A DNA stretch of 63,610 nt, the filler included, from Octopus bimaculoides (Eukaryota): NCBI RefSeq assembly GCF_001194135.2. It is 6 parts of 6 records of this genome, joined end to end, with 100 filler letters (N's around TTAATTAATTAA, not from the genome) between each part and the next. Parts side by side here need not be neighbours in the genome. Positions count along the whole stretch, not along the records: positions 33,841 to 57,186 come from NC_068989.1; 5 more parts are not named here. The stretch is one strand, 5' to 3'. Under the pieces are notes generated by a model. The model was not told the origin of the DNA. It ran no database searches and worked only from the letters and a program-made list of their open reading frames with translations. Position 1 is the stretch's first letter. Each line of letters opens with the position of its first letter. Shown here piece after piece: positions 34,350-47,879 of the stretch. The position numbers and the translations under genes were made by a program.

Positions 34350-35160
34350 ACACTGACGTCATACCACATTCACCTCTTGGTTTATTTCAGTATTCAGATG
34401 TCCACTTCCAACATATACATATCGATTTAGTTGGGCCTTGGCCACCTAGCCGTGGATTCATGTACATTCTCACCTGCATTGTTTGGTTTATGCATTGGCC
34501 TGAAGCCATCCTGCTTGTCGACATTAGTGCTGAATACATGGCACAAGCCCTCAACTTGGGTTGGATTTTCTGCTTTGGAGTTCCTTTATGTGTCACAACA
34601 GACCATGGAAGACAATTCGAGTCATGGTTGTTCAACCAAATATCTGCTGCCCTAGGGGTTCACCATATATGTATGACAAGCTACCATCCAGCTTTGAACA
34701 GCATGGTCGAATGCTTCCACAGACAAAAGTGTTTTTCCATGCATACCCTGATCCTCAAAGGTGGAGTGAGTACCTGTCTCTCATTCTTTTAGGTTGTCGC
34801 TCCTCCATGAAAGAGAATCTGAGATTTTCTACGGCAAAATTATTATACAGATCACCATTGTCTTTACTCAGCCAAATGCTGGCCCCTGTGGATATTTCAG
34901 CACAAGATCCAGCTACCTACATTCATCATCTGCAAACCTATTTCGCTGACCTTCCACCCATGTCATCTAGATATCAGACTGTGCCTGCTGCTGTTCCAGC
35001 TAATATTGATAAATGGACCCATGTTTTTTCTCAAGGATGATTCTGCGAAAGGTCCTCTTACTCACCCCTATCGTATCCTGGGGAAAATATCCAAAACGTT
35101 TTCCATAGACATTAATGGATCTAAACAGATTGTTTCCACTGATAGGGTGAAGTAAGCTTT
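34350..35160 (+). mobile_element. Gypsy integrase pseudogene
   Basis: FQHIHIDLVGP.P.SRGF.YILTCI...WPEAI, GVPLCVTTDHGRQFES, TSYHPALNSMVECFHRQ (DDE core); frameshift to W.EYLSLILLGCRS..KENL. Confidence 0.9.
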
Positions 35161-35632
35161 TTCTGAAGCTCTCACTCTAGAATCAAATGTCCCCATCCAC
35201 TTTCCATCTCTAACATCTGCAGACTGCACTCATGCAAACACCACTGCCACACAAGCATGTATCTCCTGCTCCACCACCACACATCATGATTACTTGGGCT
35301 GGGTGTCATGTACACTGGCCCAAAAAATTGTGTAAGGCTATATATACTGTACCCTGACTTTTACACATCTTGGCATTTTACATGCATTTTATTTGAACAT
35401 TTTAGTACATTTTGACATTTTCTTATGTGGCACATGCTGTGTCTTCAAACTTTTGAAACTACTGTGTTCATTTTTGCATGTTTTATTTTCTCTTTCCACT
35501 GTTAAAACTGTTTTTCCTTTTCCTTCTATTTTATGCATGCCTTTCCTGATGTTTTACTTCCTCTGCTTTGTTCCCTAGGTTGGCCTTTTGCTACATCTTT
35601 TTCAACTTACAGTCGTGGGGTGGGGGGAATAG

Positions 35633-36042
35633 TGTAGCAGGGCCATAAGGGCTAAAAGGAACAGGGCAGAGTTATGTTCACTCAATCTGTCATTGGTTGA
35701 TGGTGCTGTGATGGCACTTCTGCTAGGGAGGTATAAAAAACCCTAGAGGGACAACGAATCTTTCTCTTTTTCTGCTGATCTCACCCATGGGCAGTTTGGC
35801 TTGTCAACTGACACAGCCAGTGAGGACTACTGGCTCACTTTGCTTTGGCCATTACTGCTACTGCATTATGTAGCAGGCACATTTCTTACTCTCTTCTGTT
35901 TCAGCATCAATCACATAAGATGTAACCACGTTTGTACAACTTTTATTTATTCACATCCACCTTTGTATGAACACTGTTATAAAAACTTGTTGTTTAACTT
36001 TGACTTGGTGTTGTTCGTCACACCAGTACATGCACCTTAACA
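35633..36042 (+). mobile_element. 3' LTR of the Gypsy element, preceded by a polypurine tract
   Basis: GGGGTGGGGGGAATAG (35617-35632), then TGTAG...TTAACA; TATA-like GGTATAAAAA near 35731. Confidence 0.8.
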
Positions 36043-36059
36043 CAAACAAAAACACAGGA

Positions 36060-37275
36060 TTCATGTTTACTCTTCACTAAAGTATCCAGATTTTTATAGC
36101 CCCAGACATGGTAATCATTTGTAGTGTATGAATTAAGGATTTGCATTCTCTCCCCTAGATTTCAAGTTCAGCTATACTCTGCTCCAGGTGAGTTGGTACA
36201 TATCCCGTTGCTCCAATAATAAGTATGAAACTAAAAGTGTACATTGGAGACTGGATTTGCAAACTCTTTATCAAGGGTTTATAGATATCTTCTTTCTTCT
36301 ATATTTTTCTAACCATATTGATGTCTAGAGAGCAGCTGCTTTCCACACTATTTTTTTTTCTTGTGCTCCCACACAACAATATCTTGCCAGTCTTAATTTA
36401 GTGACTGGTTTAATTTCTAAGTTCTGTTAATATTCTTTTGATCCACTTTGTACTGCAGGTACTTGAGGGAGATATCTTGTTCTTGAACTGCATGAAGGTA
36501 GCCTTCAAAGTGTGATGCCATAAACTCTATGCTAAGCTTTTTATATGATTTCTGGTTTCACCAGTCCTCAGTCAAATCGTCCAACCCATGTTAGCATAGA
36601 AAGCGGACGTTAAACGACGATGATGATGATGATTATAAGGGATGGCATACATCTTTTGTGCCAAGTACCCATGCACTACTTCCTCAGTGAACAGGTCCAT
36701 TTTTTAATTTTGTTCTGATAAAAAGAATTTACTAATGCTCCTTGGGGAGACATCTATTTCAGCTTTTATTTCATATCTCTCCAAGTTCATTAGCTATTCT
36801 AATTTTGTTGTTGATTTCGTGCTTACAAACTTGCACAAGAAAGTTACTGGCCTCATTCTTCTGCTGCAGATTTTGCTTCAGTGTCACAATACAGGCTTTG
36901 ACATCAACCAGGGACGGACCCAAAGAGGGCCTGAGGGGCACATGCCCCCCTCAAGAAAAGTGTGCCCTTCTAAATAATGTTATTATTCCCTTTTCTCCTG
37001 GAGCTGTATTCCCTTCTGACCTTGTGTCCTCCCTTCGAAAAATTCCTAGAACTGCACCTGTTAATACAGTTCTAAGACCAAGGTCATTATCCTTGCCTGG
37101 GAAGTATAGCCTGTCTACATCTTCATTCATGTTGACAGTTTTCCAGTAACACTGAGCAGGTTCAGAGTTTGTATGTCTGTTTTGTTGAGCTCTTGGAGTA
37201 ACCAGTCCAGAAAGCCAAGTATGGGCATGAGCATAGCCACTGCAAAGGTGTTGTGGGTGATACATTTGTAGCTGA
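36060..37275 (-). mobile_element. 5'-truncated R4/Dong LINE, subfamily B
   Basis: Reverse-complement match to 50280-51420; NEDVDRLYFPGKDNDLGLRTV (cf. DVDRLYxxRxxGGRGL). Interrupted by a short insert at ~36908-36975. Confidence 0.8.
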
Positions 37276-37399
37276 GAGTTCAAATGATCATATTTTCTTA
37301 GCTCTTGTATCTATTCCTTGTCCTGTCCTTATTGATAGCTGACATTTTCATCTTGTCGAAGATACTTGTAGCTTTCCCCTGAGAGTAAAGGCTGTATGT

Positions 37400-37620
37400 A
37401 TGATATATGTTCTCTTCTAGTTTTCATTATTTGAAATCTTCCTGTTAAGAAGGAACTGGTTTCTAACAGAGATACAAAGTTCCATCATTGGAATGTAGAT
37501 AAAAGCAAATTCATATCTTGAACTTGAGGAAAGTCTTACATAATTTTACTGTTCTATTCACATATTGTATTTGTAATGTGCAAATTAGCTATCATTTACT
37601 CATTTATTTACAAAACCAAG
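37400..37620 (-). mobile_element. R4/Dong LINE 3' end, subfamily A-like
   Basis: Minus strand: TVKLCKTFLKFKI*, then 3' UTR TTCCAATGATGGAACTTTG...AGAAACCAGTTCCTT, ending in CATACATAC. Confidence 0.7.
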
Positions 37621-38509
37621 TGCACTTCAACATGCATATGATACAAAATGCATTTCAACATACATACTTACTTAGCTGCATTTCAACATACATACTTAGC
37701 TGATACAAAATGTATTTGTCAGCAAATAAACTAGGAAAGTGGTAAAGGAAGAAGCATTGCATGTTTGAAAGAATTTAGAAATATGATTTGATACCCTTAA
37801 TTTTATAACAATACAATAAACTGCTTTCCAGAAATATACAAAACAAAAATAAAGAAGATATAATTTTTACTGTTACACCTATCTTGCGAAATGGTGTAAC
37901 AGAAAAAAATTAATGAAAAAGGACACAGAATTGTGGGGGACAAAATTAAATCTTTAAAACAAAATATTCTTTCACAGAAAGAAACAATCACCTATTCCTT
38001 GCTCCTTTCCTTCTCCGTGAAGTAGTGATGGCTAATCCAAAAGTCTACCACTCAAAGGTTACTGCCTCTCACAAGATGGATGTAATAGAAAAAATTGACC
38101 AAAAAATATCAACAAATAAAATAGAATCTACAGTTCTTATATATGTTTGTTTTGGAATTTTGTTGGTTTGCTTTTGTTATTATACTCTTTACAAAATAGA
38201 ATTAAGCATTAAAATCCAAGAGACAAAATTAGTGAATATTTGATTTGATTGTTAGCTGTTTTCATTAAATAAAATGAAGCATTAACAGATAATATAGGCA
38301 TTACGTATAATTGTTGATAAAGATAAAGCATGTGTACAAAACATTCTCACTAAATGACATTGGAAACACCTTGGTAAAAAGAAAAAGTAGCACATTATTA
38401 AACGGAAACTGTTATTTAAATACAATTCTTTTTCTGTGTATGCATGCATGTGTAATTATCCTTTTTACACCCATTTCCCATGCTGTGAAGTCCAAGTCAG
38501 TTCCTTATT

Positions 38510-38980
38510 GAGTGCATTTCATTGTGGTACCAGTAAGACATGTACATTTATTATGGCAATGTGATCAAGTAGAGGAATAGGAAAGTGATGATGAAAGAAG
38601 GGTTGATGAGAGGTGCAAGAGTATGGTTGCAGCAATAGGGTAATTGGAGCAAAGAAGGGGAGAAGAAGTGATGTATAATAGTAGGAGCAGAAAAAGGTAA
38701 GAGTAAGTTATAAATGACAACCATAACGCAAGAAAAAAATGATGGATAGCATTACAAATAGAGTGAAAGTAGAGTGCATTGGGTGCAAACAGATCTTATG
38801 CAGTTTCTTGTACAAAGGTTTTGTGATGGCTAAGAGATGAAGATCATGGCAGGGGGATTTAATGTGGATAGTTCCTATATCACCTGTCATTAAAGAAGCA
38901 GCGTAGGCATGGAGACATGAGTGATAAACAGATGAGAAGCATTGAAGGATGTGTGGAAGAGAGTAAAGGCATACATACAC
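38510..38980 (-). mobile_element. Decayed CR1-like LINE 3' region
   Basis: C/T-rich minus strand with remnants HHFPIPL... and *NAL (cf. LWNxLP). Low identity. Confidence 0.35.
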
Positions 38981-39575
38981 ACATGCATACAATATACAGA
39001 GTTTTGTCAAAAGTCGCCTGACAGTAAATCAAAACTCTTTAATTTCAAGATTTTTGTTTAACTACTGAATGAGACTTTGCTAATAAACAAACAAATGTTG
39101 GGAAAATGGTGATTTTTAACTCACAGCATTCAATTATTAAACATTCATAATCAGAATGAATAAATAAAATTGAATATTAAGTATTTATAGAATTTTGATT
39201 TACTGTCAGGTGACTTTTGGCCAACCCTGTATGTGCACACATATACACTCATATTTATATATGCATACACATGTATATGAATATCATTGTATACACTCAC
39301 TTCATATATGCAAGCATGTTCAAATATGAATATAAAAAGTAATATTGATATATTACATTGTATGCAGTACAATCAAATAGAAGAATACAAAATAAAAGTA
39401 AAATAATATTAAAAGTATCAAATAGAGAAATTAATATAGAAATTAAATGAAAAGAACGAATTTGATAAAGAAATTTAAAGAAAAGTACCTTTACATCAAC
39501 AAGGCATTAATAGCAGATCAGTAAAAGAAAGTACATTGCCTATTAAAAACAAGAATGTGTTCAAGTACATACATG

Positions 39576-40538
39576 TGTAGAACGACTGGGCAAACCAAGG
39601 AGAATGGTGACGAATGGAACGGCTCCTTTTAATGCGTTGCACGGTCAACACAAATATATTAATATAAGCGAATTCACATGTGAATGTGAGGCAGTGCCAA
39701 CAAGGAAAAGAGAGAGACACAACTGGTAAAGATGAATAAAGAGAAAGTTTTATTAGAGCATTAAACTGTATATCTGTGTGTGAGTGAATGCGGCATAATA
39801 ACACAATATAAGACAAGCTGTCATGTAAACAAAAGAGTGTGTGTATACAAATATGTGTATGTGAATGCAACAGAATACAGTGCATAGAAACAGTCTATAA
39901 TAAGGATGTTAAGCGTCCTGAACACAAGGATAAGAAATACCAGTTCTTAGTTAAGGTACACAGTAGATTGAAAGTCTGTATGTAAGAGGTTGTGGCGTCG
40001 AGGCAGCGCTAAGTCCCATGTCAAGAAGTTGAGGCTTCTATGCTGAGCCAGTTACTTGATACAGGGGTCCTCGCAGGTTGAGTTCTGTTAACCTTGGTCA
40101 AGATATTTCACAACAGTATTGAGTGAACCTGTGCGGGTGCTGTTTGGTTACTGTGTACGTAGAGACGTCATGATGACATTGGCGACGAAGCTTGTAGTAA
40201 ACAGGTGAACGGTGGCGTTGATTCTCCAGTAGAGCGGAGTCATGTCATCACTGGAAACTGGCTGGTTGGTGCTCTGTGGTCAACGGCTAGACCTTAGAAG
40301 GTCTGAAGCCACGACAAACTGGCGTAGATGAAGCAGGCTATTTTATAGGAAAAAATTGGCTCCAGAAGCATCAGAAAACTCTCTCTCACGTGACCTTATC
40401 AGAAGGCCACAATTGGTTGGCATGCACCCTGGCGCGAAACAGAACCAGAGACAAATAACAGCTAATCAGGGTGATGGACACAGCAGGGTCCAAGGTGCGG
40501 CCGAAGGCCAGCTGTTACCCGCTATGTCTGCATTTACA
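39576..40538 (-). mobile_element. Probable solo LTR (~960 bp)
   Basis: TGTAG...TTTACA termini; TATA-like CCTATAAAATAG (~40340) and AATAAA on the minus strand; homologous to 17811-18969. TSD not resolved because it sits in TA/CATA-rich sequence. Confidence 0.65.
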
Positions 40539-40929
40539 TATATACAACTGAGAGAGAAGCTTCGCTACACATGTATACCAACACACATACATCCATGTGT
40601 GTGTGTGTATGATGGCTGTCAATTTGTTAACTGAGCATGACTTTTCTCACCATCAGCACTAATAACACACAATCACACAAGTAGTATAGACTTAAATATT
40701 TTCAGTTTAGAGTGTTAAAGATAGTCTATATGCTATGTGACTGAAAATGACTCTTTAGCCAAGCAAGAGATTCACAAATTTTTTCCACACAGACAACATG
40801 AAAATACTTGATTTAGTTATGAAAACTACTGCAAATCGATATTGTAACATGTTATGTGCCTAGTCAACACAGATTTACTTCTGCAGATCTTATTATAGAC
40901 AGAGAAAGATAGTTCAACAGAGTGTAAGA

Positions 40930-42345
40930 GTCAATAGTCGCGGGTGGCTAAATAAGTGCTTCTGCTTATGACTAACTAATCCAGCTTGAGAGAGATAAAT
41001 ACTGTTGCGTGTATCAAGGAGAGAAGGATCATTGGCCACAAGCAAATGCTTTTTTGCTTCTATTTTTATCACTGCATCTTTCTGCATATTATCTGCAAAC
41101 AAAGCAGTACCTTCTTGAATTTGACTCCTTCATTTTAGCCAATCTGTTGCATCACTCTCCCAATTTACTTGCATCAGTTTAAAGTTCCTTAGTGAGCGAC
41201 TTATTGGAGCTTTGAGAGGCATTTTTGCTTTGTATAAAAGCCTCTTTGCTTCTTTTATCTGATCATATAACAGTTGTTTGGACATGTGTTGATCAGATTC
41301 TTTTATCAGATGGCCAGTCCAACAAAGTCTGTGTCAATGAATTTCAGTTTCAATGCTCTTCACATTTCAATGCTATTTGCATCAGCACACTCAAGTACTT
41401 CAGTATCTGGTACATTGTACAACTATTTGATTTTTAATATAGAGTACAAACATCTAGTAATTTGAGGTGCTTCCTATATACTCCCCACATAAGTAGAGGA
41501 AGAATGAAAGTACACAAGCCCTGTATGTTGAAGTCTTTGTATTTTTGCTAATATCTCTATTAGACCAAACTTTCCTTCAAGATTCTTGAAAACTTGAGAT
41601 GCTTTTTGAAGATGATTTGCTATTTCATCATCTAATGAGCAAACATGATTCAACTTCCAAAGTATATAAATTTGTCTACAACATTCAATTTTGTGTTTTG
41701 AAGAAAAATCTCAGGTTCATAAACAGGTTGAAACAACAACAGTTTTATCTAAACTTATTGTAAGCCCATTAACCATACAGGATTCATCAAGTTTAAGCAT
41801 GTCACTGATTGAATGTGTTACCAAGTTACAGTCATCTGCATACAATAAATCTCTTATTACAAATTATGTTCCAGTCAGTGCTATCTCTAGTGTTGAAATC
41901 ACCAAGCAAAATAATTTTATCAGAATTGGCTATACCATGCAAACACTCTTTTAAAGCTTCACAAAATTCAAGTTTTGTTTCTTCGTTGCAATCTTAAGTC
42001 AGTGCATATGTATTTATAATTGTTGAAGAGTGATCAACTTTAATTTCATGCTTAGAGTCATGACTCTCTCATTAACAGCCTTTGGTGAGTCACTCAGCTT
42101 TGACACTATCTCATTTTTAATGGCAAATCCTACTTCCATACACTGTTCTGCTTCTTTACCTTTCTAGAATATCGTATAATCTGCACCTTGTTCTGTGACC
42201 TGACAATCACCAAATAAGCAGGTCTGTGAGATTGCAGCAATATCTACAGAATATTTTCATTGTTCATTGCATGAATGGCAGTTTTATGTTCAGGACAAGC
42301 TTCTGCATTATCAACTAATGTGAACATTCCAACAAGAAATTTTAA
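40930..42345 (-). mobile_element. RTE/BovB-like LINE remnant with a large internal deletion
   Basis: APE domain (GFAIKNEIV...NERVMTL, IINTYA, KIILLGDFN at ~41900) joined within ~55 nt to RT RDLLYADD (41831-41842). Then VVDKFIYFGS, LDDEI...KAS..F and HRLCWTGHL...KQLLY. Confidence 0.85.
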
Positions 42346-43370
42346 GTTCCGTTGGTCAACTAGTGTTACTAATTCTATTGTTTCAGGCACTGTATGGATG
42401 TCTGCCAGCCATGCTAAACTGACCAGGTTTTTATGAGGTAAGCAATTTTTTCGTTATATTTCCTAAACCCTCCCAAATACATTGGTGAGCAGTGCTGTCC
42501 CACACAAAGGCTGCTCAGATACCTAATGAAGAAACTGAATTCCACCATTACATCAAGTTGATGAGGAAGCAACTTTATACCTACAAAAAGGCCTCCTGTG
42601 TGCAGGTTGGTAACTAGATACCACCAACTGTCAGGTCTGTCCCCAATGCCATCTTCCCATTGCTATAGGTCTTGTAAAGCAAAAAGGCAAAAAGACAAAA
42701 CAAAATTCTAAAAGAACTTAAAAGGACAATAAGACATAGCAATGAAGAAAACTCAGACTGTTAACAGTGATGTTAGAAAGGCTCGTGCAGAATGTAAGTT
42801 TTGTGCAACTTGCCCCTGCATTGTAAAAACTCTCTCTAGTAGTGCAAAGTGCTCTAAAGACAAGCCAAAGTTAGATGTTTAGTTCAGAAATTCTTGTAAA
42901 TATTATATCAGAGTAACCTTGTGGCCTTTCTCAACCAAGGATAGCCTACAAGAGACCAAGGGTTTAAGAATATAAAATATATAAACATATGTATAAAGAA
43001 TATATATAATACATAAAAATAGAATACAAAAGAATATGAAAGTATTAAAAAAATATAAACAATATACATACACAAAGTTGGATGGCTGTTGACTCTCATG
43101 AGTTCCTCTGCCTTTGACAGGTTTTATTTTTCATCCCACAGGGTATCCAACAATTACTGTCCCCACCAAGCAAGCTTGGTTGGGTTGCCAGTTTACTTGC
43201 TGATAACTAAACCATGTGACAGGTTATACTGGGTTCCATGTTACAGGAGCACGCAAGAGTGAGTGACCCCTCCACTCACACAGTTACAAACAATTGTTTA
43301 ATCTGTATTCAGTCTTATCAATCATGCCATATTATGCAATAATATATGCCACTACTGATTATTCTCTAAG

Positions 43371-45950
43371 CAGGGCTGGTGCTAGGAAGTGCAGGGCCCA
43401 ATTAGAGAATTGATTGTGGGACCCTCTACTCTACAAAAGCTGAAGCATAATATGCTTTGTGTAGTACACCAGTCTCAGTCAAAAACGTTGAGGGCTTGAG
43501 GCTTCACTATTAGCCCCAAAAATTGAAAGCCCATATGAAAGTTTTAATATTTTAATACAAGTCAAGATAATTATTAACATACTGTTTCGGAATAGGTCTT
43601 CTAAAAACAGACTTTTCTGGGGTTTTTTATCTGAGAAGTCTTTCAAAATTATTTCAAAGTGAATGGTTTTTGTAATGTCATTTTCTATAGATAGCATTGC
43701 CAAATTATTTAGTCTCTCTTGTTAAATTGTTGACCCTAAGTTTTAATCTCTTGTGAAATTGCTGACCCTAAGTTTTAATTTTGAAAAACATTTTTCACCT
43801 GATGCAGCTGTTATGGGCATTATTAAGTAAATCCTCAAAACAATAAAAACATCAGGAAATGCTGTGAAACAATTGTTTGCTGCCAGGTATTCAAGCAAAG
43901 ATTGAGGCTTAATGATATTGAAAGGAAGAACAGTTTTTAGAGCTTCAAGTCCTTCAGTCAACAGATAACCACACACATCTTTAGTTGTTTCAGTAACTAC
44001 TCTTTCATCAGTGCTGCGTTTTAGTGTGACTTTTGATAAAGTTGTCTCAAAATTTGCAATGTGCTTCCTAATTTCTGCCTTTTGTAAGCTCTGGAACTTA
44101 TTTAAAAATTCAAATAATCTTATGTGACTTTTAAGCTGTTGAAATCTAGATTCTAATGACTGGATAACTTTGTCAAGCATAAAGTTGAAACACTGAACTT
44201 CGTATGTTTCTTTTGGGCCATCTACAGCTTCGTCTTTTGCATCTCTTCCTTCTGCATGGTCATTTTTCTTGAAATGTTCTTACCTCCAGTGGTGATTCAA
44301 CAGCTTCAGTCAGTTCATATGTGCCTATTAAGACATCATCAAAACTACCCTCTCTATAAATTCTTAACCATGATAAAAGCTTTTCAGATGATTCCATGCC
44401 TTCATCAATGTCCTTTGTTTTACCCTGTAGTTCCTTGCTTACAAAGTTAACTTTAAAAAGTACTTCTTGCCAAAATGTAGGAGAAACTAAAAATTTGTAG
44501 TCTTTTAGTTGGCTTGCTAAAGATTTTGATTCTGCTTTTACCTTGGGCTCATCAGTTATCTCAGATATTTCCACAAGCATGCTGTATACTTCTCTATCCT
44601 GGAAATGGATAGCTTTAACACTATCAATCCAACACTCCCACCTTGTTTCGCTCAAGAGTTTTGCTGATAAACTAGGTACATGTTCCTTAAAAACTGCCCA
44701 CCTCTTAGTTGATGCTGAGAACAATACATAGATCCTTTGCAAAATTCTAAAGAATGTTATACCATCTGGGAAACACTTGACCACATCTCCGAGTAAAGGG
44801 TTACAATTATGACATACACAGGGTACAAACAAATCTCTTAAATTATCCTTCAAAAGTTTTGCTTGTACTTCAGAGATATGACCTTGCATGTCATAATCTT
44901 GGCCTTGAATGTCTTTCATGTCTATATCTAATGTCTTCAGTGAATTTAATAATGTTTTGTATAAATCTTCTCCTGTGCTACTTTCAACATTCATAAACTT
45001 TATGAAATGTTTATAAACACTTGGAAGAGCCAACTGACCATCAGACACATACCTGACCATTAGAGATATTTGTTCTTGGTGACTCATATCAGGTGTGCAG
45101 TCTAAAATTATGATGTAGGATTCAGCTGCTTTTATGCATTTGTAGCCATAATGTTCAGCAGTTCATTCTAAGTGTCTTTTCCTAAATGGTGATTGTGAAT
45201 TTTGTGGGTTTTGACTTTCACAATTGTTCTTCAAAAACAGGGTCAAACTTTCTCAATAGCTCAACCAGACCTAAGAAGTTTCCATTGTGTAGACTCTCAT
45301 TACCAACTGTTTCCACAGTCCCTCTAAATGCTAGGTTTCTCCCAGCAAGAAACTGCACTATTGACACTAGCCTTCTGAGAACTTGCTACCAGTGCTTTAC
45401 ATGTTCATTGGCGATTATTTCATGTTCTTTGTCAATGGTCTGTCCATTACAAAGTCTTAGGTGCAATTCCCAGAATCTCCATGCAGCTTTCAAATGGTTC
45501 TTAAAACTTTAATGCCAACATAATCTTGTATGTAGCTTAGACCAGTTGTTGAATACATTTGTTGACAATGCACAGGGTGTATTGTTGCTAATAAGTTTAC
45601 AATAAAAGAAATAAAATCTATTAGCGGACAGAATATATATTCCTAGGTCTTTTGATGCACTCACCATTTGGAAGTTTCCTCTTATAGTAAAATTTTGAAA
45701 AACAATCTCTTTTCATTTCACGGAAAGTTGTTCACAGGAATATTAGGAGAACCTTTCATTATTAAATAATCTCTTAAACTTTGTGATTTGCACTTGCTGG
45801 GTGCTTCACAATTCCATACATAGTTCATGGAAGGAAAAAGCGAGGACAAGATCTCTCTGAACAAATAACAATGATAATTTATTTTGTCTGAATAAACATC
45901 TCATCTCTGGATATCGGTAGCCTGAATGCCTTGGTGTGGAAGCAGCAGAG
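43371..45950 (-). mobile_element. hAT transposon (Tip100/ZMYM1-like transposase), pseudogenised
   Basis: NLAFRG...HNGNFLGLVELL (DUF4371-like), IILDCTPDMSHQEQISL..RYV, PCVCH, FSASTKRW, LSETRWE and dimerisation domain PITAASGEKCFSKLK...LAMLSIE. Several stops and frameshifts. One TIR-like end, CAGGGCTGG, at 43371. Confidence 0.9.
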
Positions 45951-46479
45951 TTGATAGTTAGACACAGAAATATGAATGCATTTTCACAGACTTGCAACAT
46001 CGCTCGCCATCAGAAATCCAGCTCCACAGAGCTGGTCTCAGTTGTTTCCTGACTGGTCAACAGCCGGGGCCGTAAAAAGGTGAATGGCGGTCAAACCTAG
46101 CTGCTGATGATGATTGCACATGCACATAAGGGGCTTCTGTCAAATCTCCGGAAAGCTCTAATCCTATGCGCATGCGTGGATGAATGTTCCAAAATTGCGT
46201 CTAGAACCAGGCATCACTACATGTACATTGAACATCCATTGTGGTATATTAGCTTACTTTCTTTGCTGTCCTCTCAAGTTTTATGCATTCAAGGTTCATG
46301 TTTTGCTATCATGCAGCATCACAGTTCCAACACCAGCATCATATAATCTGCCCTTCACTCTTGACCTTTATTGTCAGCAGCAGCAGTAGATCTTGACCTT
46401 TATTGTCAGCAGCACCAGTAGATATTTTCAGATCAATCATCTTCCTTGCTAATTAATCTCCTTGGTAACAAAAGTTATT

Positions 46480-47770
46480 GGTTACATCTAGTGAGCCATC
46501 TGGGTGTTTTAAAGAATCTCTTTCTGGTGTACCCTTAGTACATACTGTCACAGTGCATCTGTCATGTATGAAGCTTATTTTCTATGTCAGTCTGTCTGTG
46601 ATTCTGTTACTCTTTATGTGTTAATAGCTTACTTTATGTACAACATACAGAATTTATATCTTCTCTTTTTCTGTATATCAAGCAAAGCCATTTCCCTGAA
46701 GATACCAGGGTCCTGTTTTATTTTCTACTAACTGAAACCTTCATCATTTCTAAGTTTACCTTGAGGCCTCTCAATTCTAGATTTAGTTTCCATAACTGGT
46801 ATTTCCTCTCTAATTTCACTATAGATTTAGCTATGAAAACTAGATCATCAGCATATAGGAATTCCTCTGGAAAGTCAGTCTTAAATAATGAATAGGAAAG
46901 GACTAAAATGTGATGAACTCCTATCATCACACTAAATTTGTCTCTGAAATTTTCAACTCTTACTTTACTTACTACATCTTTGTATGCAGCTTGTACAGCT
47001 CTCACAAGCCATTCATCTACACCTAGTTTCCTTAGTGACTGCCAAATTATTGTATGTGGTGTCCCATCAAATACCATCTCCAAGTCAACAAATGCCAAGA
47101 ACAGTGGCTTATTCTTAACCAAGTATTTCTCCTGTACTTGCCTCACTAGGAAGATTGCATTTTTGGTACCTCTTCCTGGTACAAAACCAAACTGCATCTC
47201 ATCCACTGTCATGAATCAATTGTACTATAACTCTCTCTATGACCATCATAACCTGTCCCAGTAATCTGACTCCTCTATAATTTCCTCTCTCTAAGGCATT
47301 TCCTTTGTAAGAATTTATGATGATACTGCTGTACTGATCACTGGGTATGACACTTTCCTGTTTAGCTTCATTAACTATCCAGGTGGTAATCACATATCCT
47401 ACCTCATTGGATATTTTGAGATGGACCTGCAGCTTCCCCTCCTTTCAGATCCTTACTACCTTATCTACCATGCTGCTATCAATTTGAATTGCTGGACCCT
47501 TTGTAGAATTAGCTTGAGGTAGCCCATCTTTGTCCCATGCATTCTCCATTTCCAGTAGCCTCTCATGATGGCATCTCTGCACCACTTCTTTGCCTTCCAT
47601 GTTAGTAGCAAGCATCCCTTCATCATTCTAAATACACTAATGATGATGTCCTGTTTTCTCTCACACACTGTCTCTTTAGTCCTAAACATTTCACAGCTCT
47701 AGTAACATGTGCAAACCTCTTCCTTTCTGCCTCACCTTTCTCCAAATAGCTAGCTGTCCATCTAGCCATT
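46480..47770 (-). mobile_element. RTE-clade LINE RT fragment
   Basis: QFGFVPGRGTKNAIFLVRQVQEKY, AFVDLE..FD and FLYADDL (46844-46855), followed by the SGKW.C Cys-rich insertion; frameshifted. Confidence 0.9.
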
Positions 47771-47879
47771 TAATATATATATACATTCACACATACATGC
47801 CCGCATGACTTGCTAAAGTTCCAGTGAGCATGATCAAAGCCATAGCTGACTTGACTTCATCCTGGGCCACCATCTTGAG

